Below are positions 18,920 to 29,349 of a stretch of DNA of 59,408 nt, in pieces. The notes under the pieces are model-generated. The model was not told where the DNA came from. It did no database searches and saw nothing but the letters and a program-made list of their open reading frames with translations. Origin of the DNA: Candidatus Latescibacterota bacterium (GTDB lineage Bacteria > Latescibacterota > UBA2968); assembly GCA_038279365.1 (NCBI GenBank), contig JAYODI010000028.1, positions 1-59,408 on the forward strand. Reading direction: 5' to 3'. Every line of letters begins with the position of its first letter. Position 1 is the first letter of the stretch. A program made the position numbers and the translations under genes.

Positions 18920-20791
18920 ATGGCCGACACTGCAGCAGAACAACCGGCCGAGTCTGCGCTCCAAGAACTTTTAGAAGTCGAGTCTATTGCCATTCGTTTT
19001 GCCGGTGACTCTGGTGATGGTAGCCAGCTTATTGGTGGTGAATTTGCCAATACCTCAGCAATTGTCGGTAATGACATCAGCACAATGCCTGACTTTCCTG
19101 CCGAAATCCGGGCTCCCGCAGGAACATTGCCTGGCGTAAGTGGATTTCAGGTTCGCATTTCTAGTGAAGACATTTTCACCCCAGGTGACGAACCACAAGT
19201 GTTGGTGGCCATGAACCCAGCCGCACTTAAGGCCAACATCAATGACCTACCAGATGGTGGCATTGTCATTGCCAATACAGACAACTTTACGCGCAACAAT
19301 TTGCGTAAAGCAGGCTATGAAGAAAACCCACTCGAAGACAACTCCCTTAGCAAATATCGCGTTGTTAAAGTGCCCTTAACGGCTTTACACAAAGAAGCCG
19401 TAGCCCATGTCGAAGGCCTGACCAACCGCCAAATTGACATGATGAAAAACATGTTTGCGCTGGGGTTGTCTTATTGGATTTTTGATCGTCCATTAGAGCC
19501 CACCATTCGCATGCTGGAAAAGAAATTTGGCACCAAACCCAATATCGTTGATGGCAATGTCAGCACCATGAAGGCGGGTTACCATTTTGGGGAAACTGTT
19601 GAAGAGTTTCAAGTTCGCTACCATGTCAAAAAAGCTGTGGTCGCACCAGGTACCTACCGCTCCATCACAGGCAACCAAGCCGCCGCATTGGGCTTGGTAA
19701 CGGCCGCCCAAAAAGCAGGCAAAACGCTCTTTTATGGCAGTTACCCCATTACACCAGCAAGCGCGCTTTTAGAAACTTTGGCCGCCCTCAAAAATTTTGA
19801 TGTGCGCACTTTTCAAGCCGAAGACGAAATCGCCGCTATGGGCTCCACAATAGGTGCAGCTTTTGGTGGTGCATTTGCAGCCACAGGCACAAGTGGCCCG
19901 GGTATCGCCCTCAAAAGTGAAGCCATGAACTTGGCTCTTATGATGGAATTGCCCATAGTGATTTGCAACGTTCAACGAGGGGGCCCCAGCACAGGCATGC
20001 CCACCAAGGCAGAACAATCCGATCTCTTACAATGTATGTATGGCCGAAATGGTGACAGCCCCATGCCCATTGTGGCTCCTGCAACACCTGCCGATTGTTT
20101 CGATATGGCAGTTGAAGCATTTCGCATTGCTGCAGAAACAATGTGCCCAGTCGTCTTTCTTTCAGATGGTTATTTGGCCAACAGTTCAGAACCTTGGCAA
20201 ATTCCCAACCCCGATGATATTCCTGCTATTGTGGTGAATCACCCCACAAACCCCACAGACTTTTTGCCATATAAACGCGATCCCAAAACATTGGCTCGCC
20301 CTTGGGCATTGCCGGGCACACCCGGTTTAGAACATCGCTTGGGCGGTTTGGGCAAAGAAGATGGCACAGGAAATGTGTCGTATGACCCAGACGACAATCA
20401 ACATATGGCCAACATCCGCGCAGAACGCCTTGCGCGAATTGCAGATCGCATCCCATTGCAAAAGGTCATGGGACCCAAAACAGGCGATTTGCTTGTGGTC
20501 GGCTGGGGTGGCACCTATGGTGCCATTCGCACAGCTGTGCGTCGGGCACAAAAGAAGGGACAATCAGTTGCAGCCACACATTTGCGCTACCTCAATCCGT
20601 TTCCCAAAAATTTGGGCGACATTTTACAACGCTACAAACAAATACTGGTACCCGAATTAAACATGGGGCAACTCTCGCTCTTGCTTAATGCAAAATATCC
20701 CAAGCGGGTCATTTCTTTCCCCAAAGTACAAGGGCTACCATTCAAAATTTCTGAAATTTCAACCAAAATCGACGACATCCTGGGCGCATAA
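18920..20791 (+). CDS. korA: 2-oxoacid:ferredoxin oxidoreductase alpha subunit (gamma-alpha fusion)
   Basis: IRFAGDSGDG, YPITP, QAEDEIAA, TSGPG and QRGGPSTG motifs. Confidence 0.93.
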   Translation: MADTAAEQPAESALQELLEVESIAIRFAGDSGDGSQLIGGEFANTSAIVGNDISTMPDFPAEIRAPAGTLPGVSGFQVRISSEDIFTPGDEPQVLVAMNPAALKANINDLPDGGIVIANTDNFTRNNLRKAGYEENPLEDNSLSKYRVVKVPLTALHKEAVAHVEGLTNRQIDMMKNMFALGLSYWIFDRPLEPTIRMLEKKFGTKPNIVDGNVSTMKAGYHFGETVEEFQVRYHVKKAVVAPGTYRSITGNQAAALGLVTAAQKAGKTLFYGSYPITPASALLETLAALKNFDVRTFQAEDEIAAMGSTIGAAFGGAFAATGTSGPGIALKSEAMNLALMMELPIVICNVQRGGPSTGMPTKAEQSDLLQCMYGRNGDSPMPIVAPATPADCFDMAVEAFRIAAETMCPVVFLSDGYLANSSEPWQIPNPDDIPAIVVNHPTNPTDFLPYKRDPKTLARPWALPGTPGLEHRLGGLGKEDGTGNVSYDPDDNQHMANIRAERLARIADRIPLQKVMGPKTGDLLVVGWGGTYGAIRTAVRRAQKKGQSVAATHLRYLNPFPKNLGDILQRYKQILVPELNMGQLSLLLNAKYPKRVISFPKVQGLPFKISEISTKIDDILGA

Positions 20792-20824
20792 AGCGCTTTG
20801 TCATACACGAAATCGGAGAAGACC

Positions 20825-22375
20825 ATGGCAGACGCCGTAGAAACACCCAAGCTTGACCGAAAAGATTTCGTCTCAGATCAGGAAGTACGCTGGTGCCCGG
20901 GTTGTGGTGATTATGCCATCTTGGCGCAAATGCAGCGTATCTTGCCCGATTTGGGCATCCCAAGAGAAAAACTCGTATTTGTATCGGGCATCGGTTGTTC
21001 AAGCCGTTTCCCCTACTACATGAACACTTATGGCCTACATACCATTCACGGGCGTGCAGCCACCATTGCAACAGGCCTAAAAGTAGCAAACCCCGATTTG
21101 CACGTATGGATCATCACCGGCGACGGTGACGCCTTATCTATTGGTGGAAACCATTTATTGCATGTCTTGCGTCGCAATGTGAATGTCAACATTCTCTTGT
21201 TTAATAACCGCATTTATGGCCTTACCAAAGGGCAATATTCCCCCACATCTCCCACGGGCAAAGTCACAAAATCATCACCTATGGGTTCTGTGGAACAAGA
21301 TCTCAATGCCATTTCTGTTGCGTTGGCATCAGAGGCTACCTTTGTTGCTCGAACCGTAGATCGCCACACCAAACATATGGCAGAAATACTCCAACGTGCC
21401 GCAGAGCACAAAGGCACCTCGTTTGTTGAAATCTATCAAAATTGCAACATTTTCAACGATGGCACGTGGTCATTTGCCACCGAAGCCGATGTCAAAGACG
21501 ACAACACCGTTTTGCTCGAACATGGTCAACCCCTTATTTTTGGCAAAGACAAAGACAAAGGCATTCGCCTCAACGGCCTTGCCCCAGAGGTGGTCACATT
21601 GGGCAATGGTATTACAGAAAAAGATTTACTCACGCATGATGAAACATTAGACAATCCTGCACACGCCTATTTGTTGAGCCGTTTGATGTATCCCGATTAC
21701 CCCGTACCATTGGGCGTATTTCGCAATGTGCAGCGCCCCATCTACGAAGAACAAGTCATTGCACAAAACAACAAAGCGGTTGCAGAACGGGGCAAAGGTG
21801 ACTTAAATGCTCTGTTCCATGCAGCAGATACCTGGATTGTGCCCGAAGGTCCTGATGGTGAGACCATACGCGAAGTCGGAGACGAAGAACCTTCTTATTC
21901 AGATATCATTCCAGATATCAGCCAAGAAGACCCGCTTGCACCACGCACCCCATTGCAACATTTGATGTATGACCCTATTTCGTCGTTAGATTTGCCAGAA
22001 CCCCACTGCGTAACGGCCCAAACCACATTGGCAGACGCCATTAAAGTGATGCGCAAAGAAAATGCGGGGTGTTTGTTGGTGGTCAACAATAAGAATCGCC
22101 TCATTGGTATATTTGCCCAAGGTGACCTTTTTGAGAAAGTCGCAGGAAGCAACGTCGACTTAACCACCACCACAGTTGCCGATTTGATGACCAAAGACCC
22201 AACCGTCTTAAAAGCATCGGATCCCATTGGTCATATATTGCATCTGATGTCATTACAAGGCTATCGCCATATCCCCATTGTCGACCCCGATGGTCGCCCC
22301 ATTCGCTTGGCCTCATTTAAAGTGATGTTGCAGTTTACGGGCGGTCTTTTTGCAGATCCCCCATCGGCCAATTAG
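20825..22375 (+). CDS. korB: 2-oxoacid:ferredoxin oxidoreductase beta subunit fused to a C-terminal CBS pair
   Basis: WCPGCGD, SGIGCSS and GDGD...NNRIYGLTKGQ TPP motifs; after DTWIV an acidic linker and then CBS motifs (LIGIFAQGD, LMTKDP, GYRHIPIV). Confidence 0.9.
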   Translation: MADAVETPKLDRKDFVSDQEVRWCPGCGDYAILAQMQRILPDLGIPREKLVFVSGIGCSSRFPYYMNTYGLHTIHGRAATIATGLKVANPDLHVWIITGDGDALSIGGNHLLHVLRRNVNVNILLFNNRIYGLTKGQYSPTSPTGKVTKSSPMGSVEQDLNAISVALASEATFVARTVDRHTKHMAEILQRAAEHKGTSFVEIYQNCNIFNDGTWSFATEADVKDDNTVLLEHGQPLIFGKDKDKGIRLNGLAPEVVTLGNGITEKDLLTHDETLDNPAHAYLLSRLMYPDYPVPLGVFRNVQRPIYEEQVIAQNNKAVAERGKGDLNALFHAADTWIVPEGPDGETIREVGDEEPSYSDIIPDISQEDPLAPRTPLQHLMYDPISSLDLPEPHCVTAQTTLADAIKVMRKENAGCLLVVNNKNRLIGIFAQGDLFEKVAGSNVDLTTTTVADLMTKDPTVLKASDPIGHILHLMSLQGYRHIPIVDPDGRPIRLASFKVMLQFTGGLFADPPSAN

Positions 22376-22396
22376 ATTTGAGTGGTCATATAAAAG

Positions 22397-22433
22397 AACG
22401 CCCGTGGAGAGCAATTCCACGGGCGTTTTGTTT
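22397..22433 (+). terminator. Intrinsic terminator after the kor operon
   Basis: AACGCCCGTGGA/TCCACGGGCGTT stem followed by a T-rich tail. Confidence 0.8.
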
Positions 22434-22444
22434 GGAGCACAGCA

Positions 22445-23413
22445 ATGAACAATATCAGAATCGGAATAATCGGATCAGGTGGCATGGCCACTCGCAATGC
22501 CCAAACCTTCTCGCAAACAGAAGGTTTCACACTTGTGGCCATTTCTTCAAGGAATCCACAAACCGGGCCAGCATTGGCTCACGACCATCAGGTTGAATTT
22601 GTACCTCAATGGCAATCACTGTATGAAAGAAAAGATATTGATGCCATTGTGATTGCATCAAACAACAAAAGCCACGGTCAAATGGTATTGGCGGGTCTTG
22701 AAACCCAAAAATCTATTTTCTGCGAATATCCCATTGCGCGCAATTTAGATGAAATCAAAAAAATTAAATCGGAACAAATCACCAACAAAACCGTCATTCG
22801 CGTCTCTCACAATGAACCCCTCTCAGGATCTCACCAATCTCTTAAAACGCAGATCCAAGAAATGGGTCCCCTGCTGTCCAGTACCTTTACACGCCTTACA
22901 CCCGGGCGTGGTGCACGCCCCGAAGCTTTGTTTAATCTTCCTCTATCAGGCCCACCCGCACTCTTTTTTGTCTATCATATTTATCCACTCATAGATTTAT
23001 TTGGCCCAGTGGCTTGGGTAAGTGCCGGGGCTGTATATGAAGATCTGAAAGACAATGGCCAATATCATCGTTTTGCCAATACCCTCGTGGCAAGTTTTCA
23101 AAGCGGTGGATTGGCGCACTGGCATTGGGCAGGTGGCATTGAAATAGAAAAAGCCGAAGAATCACATCGGATCATCCTCACCCGTGGCACCCTTTTGGAT
23201 CAAGGTGATACCTGGGAAATTTCAACCGCCAATGGCACAGCCACCATCCCTCATTCAGCCCCCACCAACAAATCGCTTGCCCAATTATTTCTTGAAGACA
23301 TACAGGGCAATACCTCCTGGCAAACAGACACTCAAGTGGCCATTGACGCAGCAACAGTTGGGCTTGCCGCCGAGGTATCCGTCAATGAAAAACGCCGTAT
23401 CGAAATACACTAA
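22445..23413 (+). CDS. Gfo/Idh/MocA family oxidoreductase (biliverdin reductase-like CEYP motif)
   Basis: IGIIGSGG and FCEYPIA motifs. Confidence 0.8.
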   Translation: MNNIRIGIIGSGGMATRNAQTFSQTEGFTLVAISSRNPQTGPALAHDHQVEFVPQWQSLYERKDIDAIVIASNNKSHGQMVLAGLETQKSIFCEYPIARNLDEIKKIKSEQITNKTVIRVSHNEPLSGSHQSLKTQIQEMGPLLSSTFTRLTPGRGARPEALFNLPLSGPPALFFVYHIYPLIDLFGPVAWVSAGAVYEDLKDNGQYHRFANTLVASFQSGGLAHWHWAGGIEIEKAEESHRIILTRGTLLDQGDTWEISTANGTATIPHSAPTNKSLAQLFLEDIQGNTSWQTDTQVAIDAATVGLAAEVSVNEKRRIEIH

Positions 23414-24184
23414 TTATACATCCCAAACCACACCTGCCCGATTATATCCACTGGGTTCATCACGCAAAGTATATCCCAAATCCTCCAAGCGGTACTGTGC
23501 CTGATACCCTAAGAGACGTTCAGCTTTTGACAGATCCCATCGCCGTTTTGAGCTTTCTCCCACGACCGTAATGATTTCAAAATGGATGTCTTGCTTTTCT
23601 ATTGCCAATTGATAAGCCTGCATCAAATCGGGAAAAGCAATCCATTGGGGTAAAATAGGCTGGGCAACCGTATTGGGGTCATCAATATCAACCGGTTTGG
23701 GAATTCGCAAGCACACCACTGAGAGCCGGTGTTGTTGGGCATAATATTGTGCAACCTGTTCTCCCAAATGTTTTGTTAACGCATATGTTCCCACAGGCTG
23801 TGCAGATGCATCACTTGCAACTTCACCCAAAGCACCCCAAACCACTGTCAAACTGCTGGTATAAATAACACGCTTTACACCCGCGCGTTTGGCCGCCTCA
23901 AAAACATGGTATGTCCCCTTTACGTTAACATCAAAACGCTGATCATTAAAAACATCCTCTTCATAATCTCCTTCATGTCCTGTAGCAATGGCCAAGTGAA
24001 TGACCACATCAACACCCGTCATCGCCGACAAAATTTCTTCAAAGTTTGTCACATCAGCCTGAATCCATCGCAAATCATCTGCAACCGCAGATCGACTCAG
24101 CAAACACAAATCGTGCTCACCTCCAAGTCGTGCGATCAGTTTTTGGCCAATTGTTCCTCGTGCCCCGGTGATCAAAATTTTCAT
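23414..24184 (-). CDS. NAD-dependent epimerase/dehydratase SDR (uronate dehydrogenase-like)
   Basis: TGARGTIG, YALTK and WDLSKAERLLGY motifs. Confidence 0.85.
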   Translation of the reverse strand: MKILITGARGTIGQKLIARLGGEHDLCLLSRSAVADDLRWIQADVTNFEEILSAMTGVDVVIHLAIATGHEGDYEEDVFNDQRFDVNVKGTYHVFEAAKRAGVKRVIYTSSLTVVWGALGEVASDASAQPVGTYALTKHLGEQVAQYYAQQHRLSVVCLRIPKPVDIDDPNTVAQPILPQWIAFPDLMQAYQLAIEKQDIHFEIITVVGESSKRRWDLSKAERLLGYQAQYRLEDLGYTLRDEPSGYNRAGVVWDV

Positions 24185-24285
24185 GCAATAATACTCCAAT
24201 ACCTTATATTGCGTGCCATAAGAAACATCACAATGACTCTTATTTTTAACACCAATACTACCCCAATAACTCCAGGAACCAAACC

Positions 24286-25320
24286 ATGACCATTCTTATT
24301 ACCGGCGCCACAGGTCGCATTGGAACCAACGTTGTCAAACGTTTGGCCGAGCGTGGTGAACATCTGCGCTGTGTGGTGCGCCCCAATACAGATCGACTTG
24401 AAAAACTCGAACAGTTTGAAGTAGAAATAGCCAAAATAGATTTACGCGACAGAGAAAAACTGACCCAAGCCGTCAAAGGTGTAGACGCCATTATACATCT
24501 TGGAGTCAAACTGCGAGGTCCAACAAATTACGAACATCTCGACATCAACACAGCCCCCACCCTCACCCTTCTTGAAGCCGCACGTGTTCATGCTCCCAAT
24601 CTCACACGTTTTGTGTATGGCAGTTCCGATACGCTCTACCCCCACACGGGTTACATGCCCACTCTCATCACACCCAAAGACATATTTACCCGCCCACGAG
24701 GCATGTATGCCGTTTCCAAAATTGCCAGTGAAGCCATGGTGCAAAGCTACCATCAACAATACCAACTTCCAACAGTGAGCCACACTAATCCTTATACATT
24801 TTGTGGCCGTGAATTTTTGGGGGAGCGTGTCAATGCCATTAGCCCGCTCATCGAAAGCCATATCAAAGATTTACAAAAACGCCCAGCCACGCCAGACATC
24901 GAAAAAACAATCGCCGAACTTAAAAAACACCACACAGAAGGCAAACGCCTGGTCATCCCCCAGTGCCCAGAAGGCCCTGCCTTCAAACGCCATTTGGGCG
25001 ATGTACGCGATGTGGTTACGGCAACCACTTGTGCCTTAGACAAACCAAGTGCCATCGGCAAAGCTTTTATTGTGATGAGCAAACCCTTTCTATTTGATGA
25101 AGCGGTTCCCCATCTATCCCAAATCAGCCATCTCGAATATGTTGCAGTCACATACCCCTTTGCCGAATTTTATGAATATGACATGACATATACCACCCAA
25201 CATCTCGGTTATGTTGCCCAATATGATGGCAAACAAATGCTAGAAGATGCTTGGTGTCACAAACAAGGCAAAGATATTGGTGTGGTCGATGTGGGCCCAG
25301 ATACCCCCACACAAGATTAA
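24286..25320 (+). CDS. NAD-dependent epimerase/dehydratase family protein
   Basis: TGATGRIG and YAVSK motifs. Confidence 0.85.
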   Translation: MTILITGATGRIGTNVVKRLAERGEHLRCVVRPNTDRLEKLEQFEVEIAKIDLRDREKLTQAVKGVDAIIHLGVKLRGPTNYEHLDINTAPTLTLLEAARVHAPNLTRFVYGSSDTLYPHTGYMPTLITPKDIFTRPRGMYAVSKIASEAMVQSYHQQYQLPTVSHTNPYTFCGREFLGERVNAISPLIESHIKDLQKRPATPDIEKTIAELKKHHTEGKRLVIPQCPEGPAFKRHLGDVRDVVTATTCALDKPSAIGKAFIVMSKPFLFDEAVPHLSQISHLEYVAVTYPFAEFYEYDMTYTTQHLGYVAQYDGKQMLEDAWCHKQGKDIGVVDVGPDTPTQD

Positions 25321-25374
25321 AAAAGATATGGAAACAGGATCCTATATCCAGATCACCTACCATTTCTCTCAAAT

Positions 25375-26304
25375 CTATTGATTTTCAAATAAACCACTCT
25401 GCCACGTTTTGTTCTGAATGGGTGCAAGTATATCCTGAACTGCCAACAACAAATCCCGGTCACATTGCAACAACGCCCACGTCACATTTTTCTTTAAGTT
25501 TTCTGGGCTTGCCGTTCCGACCAATGTGGTTGCAATATTTGGATTGGCCACCGCAAACTGAATGGCCAGTTGCGCAATATCAATGCCTTTTGATCGACAA
25601 TAAGTCGCCGCCTTTTCACAAGCCAACCGAACATCAAGTGGCGCTGGGTGCCAACTGGGTGGGCCTTTTTCAGTTAACAAACGCATAGCAAGTGGTGAGC
25701 CATTAATCACCCCAATTTCTTTTTCTTGCAAATAAGGTAAAAGCTCCACAAGGGCAGTGTCATTTAAAGCATAATGACAATAAGACAAAATCGTATCAAC
25801 CTGCGCGCGTTCGATAACATATCTAAAAATATTCAAGGGCAAACCCGTGATGCCAACAAACCGAACCTTCCCCTGTTCACGCACCTTCTCAAGGGCAGGT
25901 AGTGTTTCATTTACGACCTGATTGAGTGACCCGAACTCAATATCGTGGCATTGTATCAAATCAATGTGGTCTACCTGCAAACGGGTTAAGCTTTCGTCTA
26001 CACTCTGAATCACTCTTTTGGCAGAAAAATCAAAGTCAGCATCGCCATATCGCCCAACTTTGGTGGCCAAATAATACGCATCGCGAGGCAGTTCATTCAA
26101 TGCCTTTCCCAAAACCACTTCTGCCCGCGTCAAACCATAATAAGGCGACACATCAATAAAGTTTATTCCCAAATCAATAGCAGCATGAACCGTTTGAATA
26201 CCTACCGATTCATCAATGTTCCGAAACACACTCCCAAGCGGTGATGCACCATATCCCAAAATGGACACATCAAGCCCCGTATTGCCCAACTTACGATATT
26301 CCAT
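25375..26304 (-). CDS. Aldo/keto reductase, L-galactose/D-threo-aldose dehydrogenase-like
   Basis: GYGASPLG, DVSPYYG, ATKVGRY, QCHDIEF and LSYCHY motifs. Confidence 0.88.
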   Translation of the reverse strand: MEYRKLGNTGLDVSILGYGASPLGSVFRNIDESVGIQTVHAAIDLGINFIDVSPYYGLTRAEVVLGKALNELPRDAYYLATKVGRYGDADFDFSAKRVIQSVDESLTRLQVDHIDLIQCHDIEFGSLNQVVNETLPALEKVREQGKVRFVGITGLPLNIFRYVIERAQVDTILSYCHYALNDTALVELLPYLQEKEIGVINGSPLAMRLLTEKGPPSWHPAPLDVRLACEKAATYCRSKGIDIAQLAIQFAVANPNIATTLVGTASPENLKKNVTWALLQCDRDLLLAVQDILAPIQNKTWQSGLFENQ

Positions 26305-26411
26305 CTATTCCTTTCATATTGCTCATCTCACCATGCTTTTGTAAACCGATTTTATACATTCCCAAACTTCTGCGACCAACTGAATTTGATACTTTGCAAA
26401 CTGTTCTTCCT

Positions 26412-27200
26412 TCAATCCGTCTTGCCCTGATGCACAAATGCCAACAATGCCTCTTTGGCCATTTCAAACGCGTTCCGCATATCTCCCAAACAATCCCAAA
26501 CATCCTCCATCTTTTCTTCTTTTCCCAACAATTCCAATTGTTCACAAACCTTTGCCAATTGCACAGCTCCAACAGACTGACAACTTCCCTTTAATGCGTG
26601 CGCATTTGAAGATATGGATTTTGCATCCCCTTTTTTAATAGCACATTCGATCCAATTAAAATAATTGGGTGTCGTTTCAATATATGTTCCAATCAATTCG
26701 CCCAACGAAAAAACACCTGGTGCTTCAAGCTCTTTTAATAATGCCAAGGTATCGATGTCCAAAACACAGAGTGTGTCGTGTGCCGCGTTCCCTTTTTCGG
26801 TCTCTTTTTTGGGGGACAAATCGCCTACCCGTGAAAGAGCATCAAATAAACGCTCTTTTTTTATGGGCTTTGGCACATAATCATCCATACCCGCCTGAAA
26901 GCACAATTCCTTATCCCCTGCCAAAACTTGGGCCGTTAAACCTATAATAGGAATATGCCCCCCCGTATCCTGTTCCCTCTCTCGAATTTTAACCGTCGCT
27001 TCCAAACCACTCATTTGGGGCATTTGCACATCCATCAAAATAAGATCGTAGTTCCCTGTTTCCCACTTTTGTAAAGCCTCTAATCCATTTTCGGCAACAT
27101 CAATCACATGCCCCCATTTTAACAAAATACCCATCGCAACTTGTTGATTGATAGGGTTGTCTTCTACCAATAAAATCCGAAAAGAAGGCAATTTGATCAT
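26412..27200 (-). CDS. Receiver-Hpt phosphorelay protein
   Basis: LLVEDNPINQ, LMDVQMP and YVPKP motifs; Hpt motif AHALKGSCQSVGA. Confidence 0.9.
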   Translation of the reverse strand: MIKLPSFRILLVEDNPINQQVAMGILLKWGHVIDVAENGLEALQKWETGNYDLILMDVQMPQMSGLEATVKIREREQDTGGHIPIIGLTAQVLAGDKELCFQAGMDDYVPKPIKKERLFDALSRVGDLSPKKETEKGNAAHDTLCVLDIDTLALLKELEAPGVFSLGELIGTYIETTPNYFNWIECAIKKGDAKSISSNAHALKGSCQSVGAVQLAKVCEQLELLGKEEKMEDVWDCLGDMRNAFEMAKEALLAFVHQGKTD

Positions 27201-27219
27201 TTCGTGGCCTTAGTAAAAA

Positions 27220-27975
27220 TCATTTTTGCCAATAAAAATTACGTGGTACTTCAAAAGGAGGCAAAGGTACGGCAAACATCAAAATATAGGCACGCCGAGG
27301 CACTGCCGATGGATTTGGCCCAGCATAATGTAACATACGTCCACCATGAAAAGTTGCACCACCAGCTGGTATAGGACAAGCAACCGCCATTGAATCTTCA
27401 ACGTATCCATCATCTACTTCCAATCCGATCACCTTAGGGTCATGGCCAATTTTATGATGTGGCAACACATCCAAACTGTGAGATTTGGGTATAAATTGCA
27501 TACATCCATTTTCAAGCGTGGCTTCTTGTAACGGCATCCAAATGCTTACAGAATGATAATTTTTAGAGGGGTTCCAATAAGCCTCATCCTGGTGCCACGG
27601 CGTATGAGCACCATAATGCGCGGGTTTAAAGATTGCGTGACTGCCCCGCTGAATCACCCCCTCACCCAACAGTTGTTTGGCAATAGCCATTGCATTGGCT
27701 TCATACTGTGTGTTTCTAAATTCCGATGCATAATTTCGAGGTTCAACAATTTGTGGCAACTTGGGCGGTTGACCATCTTTGTCTTGCCCCACCAAATCAA
27801 ATTCATCTCCCACATCATGGCCAACTCGTTGCTCAAAAATACGGTCATAGGCTTCTTGCAAATATATTACTTCTTCAGATGTTGTAATTTGATCTATCGC
27901 CAAATAACCTTCGCGATGATAAAATGCAATCTGTTCTTCCGTTATCACCACGGTTGGTTCTGGTAAACCACTCAT
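27220..27975 (-). CDS. Phytanoyl-CoA dioxygenase (PhyH) family Fe(II)/2OG enzyme
   Basis: PWHQDEAYW, ENGCMQFIP and LHYAGPN..RR motifs. Confidence 0.9.
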   Translation of the reverse strand: MSGLPEPTVVITEEQIAFYHREGYLAIDQITTSEEVIYLQEAYDRIFEQRVGHDVGDEFDLVGQDKDGQPPKLPQIVEPRNYASEFRNTQYEANAMAIAKQLLGEGVIQRGSHAIFKPAHYGAHTPWHQDEAYWNPSKNYHSVSIWMPLQEATLENGCMQFIPKSHSLDVLPHHKIGHDPKVIGLEVDDGYVEDSMAVACPIPAGGATFHGGRMLHYAGPNPSAVPRRAYILMFAVPLPPFEVPRNFYWQK

Positions 27976-28032
27976 CAATACACCTCTTGTATAACTTTAC
28001 AATGTTAAACCGCTATGTTGTTAGCATCTCAT

Positions 28033-29310
28033 TTATTTGGGGATGTTTTCAGTCAATACATCAGGAGCACCAATTGTAATTAAAACATTATCTTCAATTC
28101 GTACCCCCCCAACAGATCGCCAATCATCTAATAAATTCCAAGCGACCATCTCTCGAAATTTCTTGCGCTTCTCAACATCATCTAACAAGGCAGGTACGAA
28201 ATAAATGCCCGGTTCAACGGTCATTAAATAATCTTTTTCCAATGGCAAATCCACACGAATGCGCGCCCCACAATACATTTCTGTTCCATTGCGCCCAGGC
28301 GCTCGCCCCCCCACACCACGCACACCCAACCCCACCATGTGTCCTACACCGTGTGGAAAAAATAGCGCAATCGCCCCAGATTCGAGCAATGTGTCAACAG
28401 ACCCTTTCAAGATACCCAAACTTCGCAGTCCTTCTGCCATCACACGTGCAGCTACCGTGTGGACAGTGTGCCACTCAACACCAGCACGACAGTGGCTGAT
28501 GGCCTCCAATTCTGCCTGTAGGACAATATCGTAAATGGCCTGTTGTTGCGAAGCAAATGCATCCCCCGCAGGATAGGTGCGGGTCACATCTGCGGTATAT
28601 CCCAACAGGCTCCCTCCCGCATCAATGAGTATCAAGTCGTCATCGCGAATTACCCGATTTCCCGGCTCAAAATGCAATACAGCGGCATGCTCTCCTGCCC
28701 CCACAATACTGCCATATCCCATCTCATCGGCACCACACCGCAACATCTCTGCTTCGAGTGCGATTTGCACTTGTCTTTCGGTAATACCTTCCCCAATCAC
28801 TTCCCTTGCTTTTCGATGCCCAGCTTCTGTTGCCAAAACGGCTTTCTCAACAAGAGCCAACTCTGCCACATCCAAATGCCGCCTGACCACATCCAAGCGC
28901 AAAGCCATTTCTTGAGCCCATTCGCTCACAGAATCAATACCCTCAACACCCGCCCCAACAGAGACGATCTTGCGATCTTTTTGAGTATGCAACCAAGTAG
29001 CCAATTTTTCAACATCCTCCCCCACAACAACCTCCCCCCCCCCTTCCCACAAACGCTCAGCATCGGTCACTGGGCGAACAAAATGAGTCCAACCCGCCTC
29101 AGGATCAAATGCCAAAACGCCACCCCATCGGGACGACCCAGTTAACCAATAATATTGTGGGTGCGGAATAAAGGGATAAACTTGATCGTGGCCCCCAGGT
29201 TTACCTATGGGCTTGCCAGCACCAATGAGTACGATGGGTGCATCGTTCCCAAATGCTTGTGCCACCCGATCCTGACGTTTCGCAATTACGTGCAAATCAA
29301 AAACAGACAT
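28033..29310 (-). CDS. Xaa-Pro aminopeptidase (M24B family)
   Basis: LIDAG, ADVTRT, FPHGVGH, TVEPGIY and GGVRIED motifs. Confidence 0.9.
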   Translation of the reverse strand: MSVFDLHVIAKRQDRVAQAFGNDAPIVLIGAGKPIGKPGGHDQVYPFIPHPQYYWLTGSSRWGGVLAFDPEAGWTHFVRPVTDAERLWEGGGEVVVGEDVEKLATWLHTQKDRKIVSVGAGVEGIDSVSEWAQEMALRLDVVRRHLDVAELALVEKAVLATEAGHRKAREVIGEGITERQVQIALEAEMLRCGADEMGYGSIVGAGEHAAVLHFEPGNRVIRDDDLILIDAGGSLLGYTADVTRTYPAGDAFASQQQAIYDIVLQAELEAISHCRAGVEWHTVHTVAARVMAEGLRSLGILKGSVDTLLESGAIALFFPHGVGHMVGLGVRGVGGRAPGRNGTEMYCGARIRVDLPLEKDYLMTVEPGIYFVPALLDDVEKRKKFREMVAWNLLDDWRSVGGVRIEDNVLITIGAPDVLTENIPK

Positions 29311-29349
29311 GAGTCATCACCTTATGTGAATAAATTATTCAAACCATCA

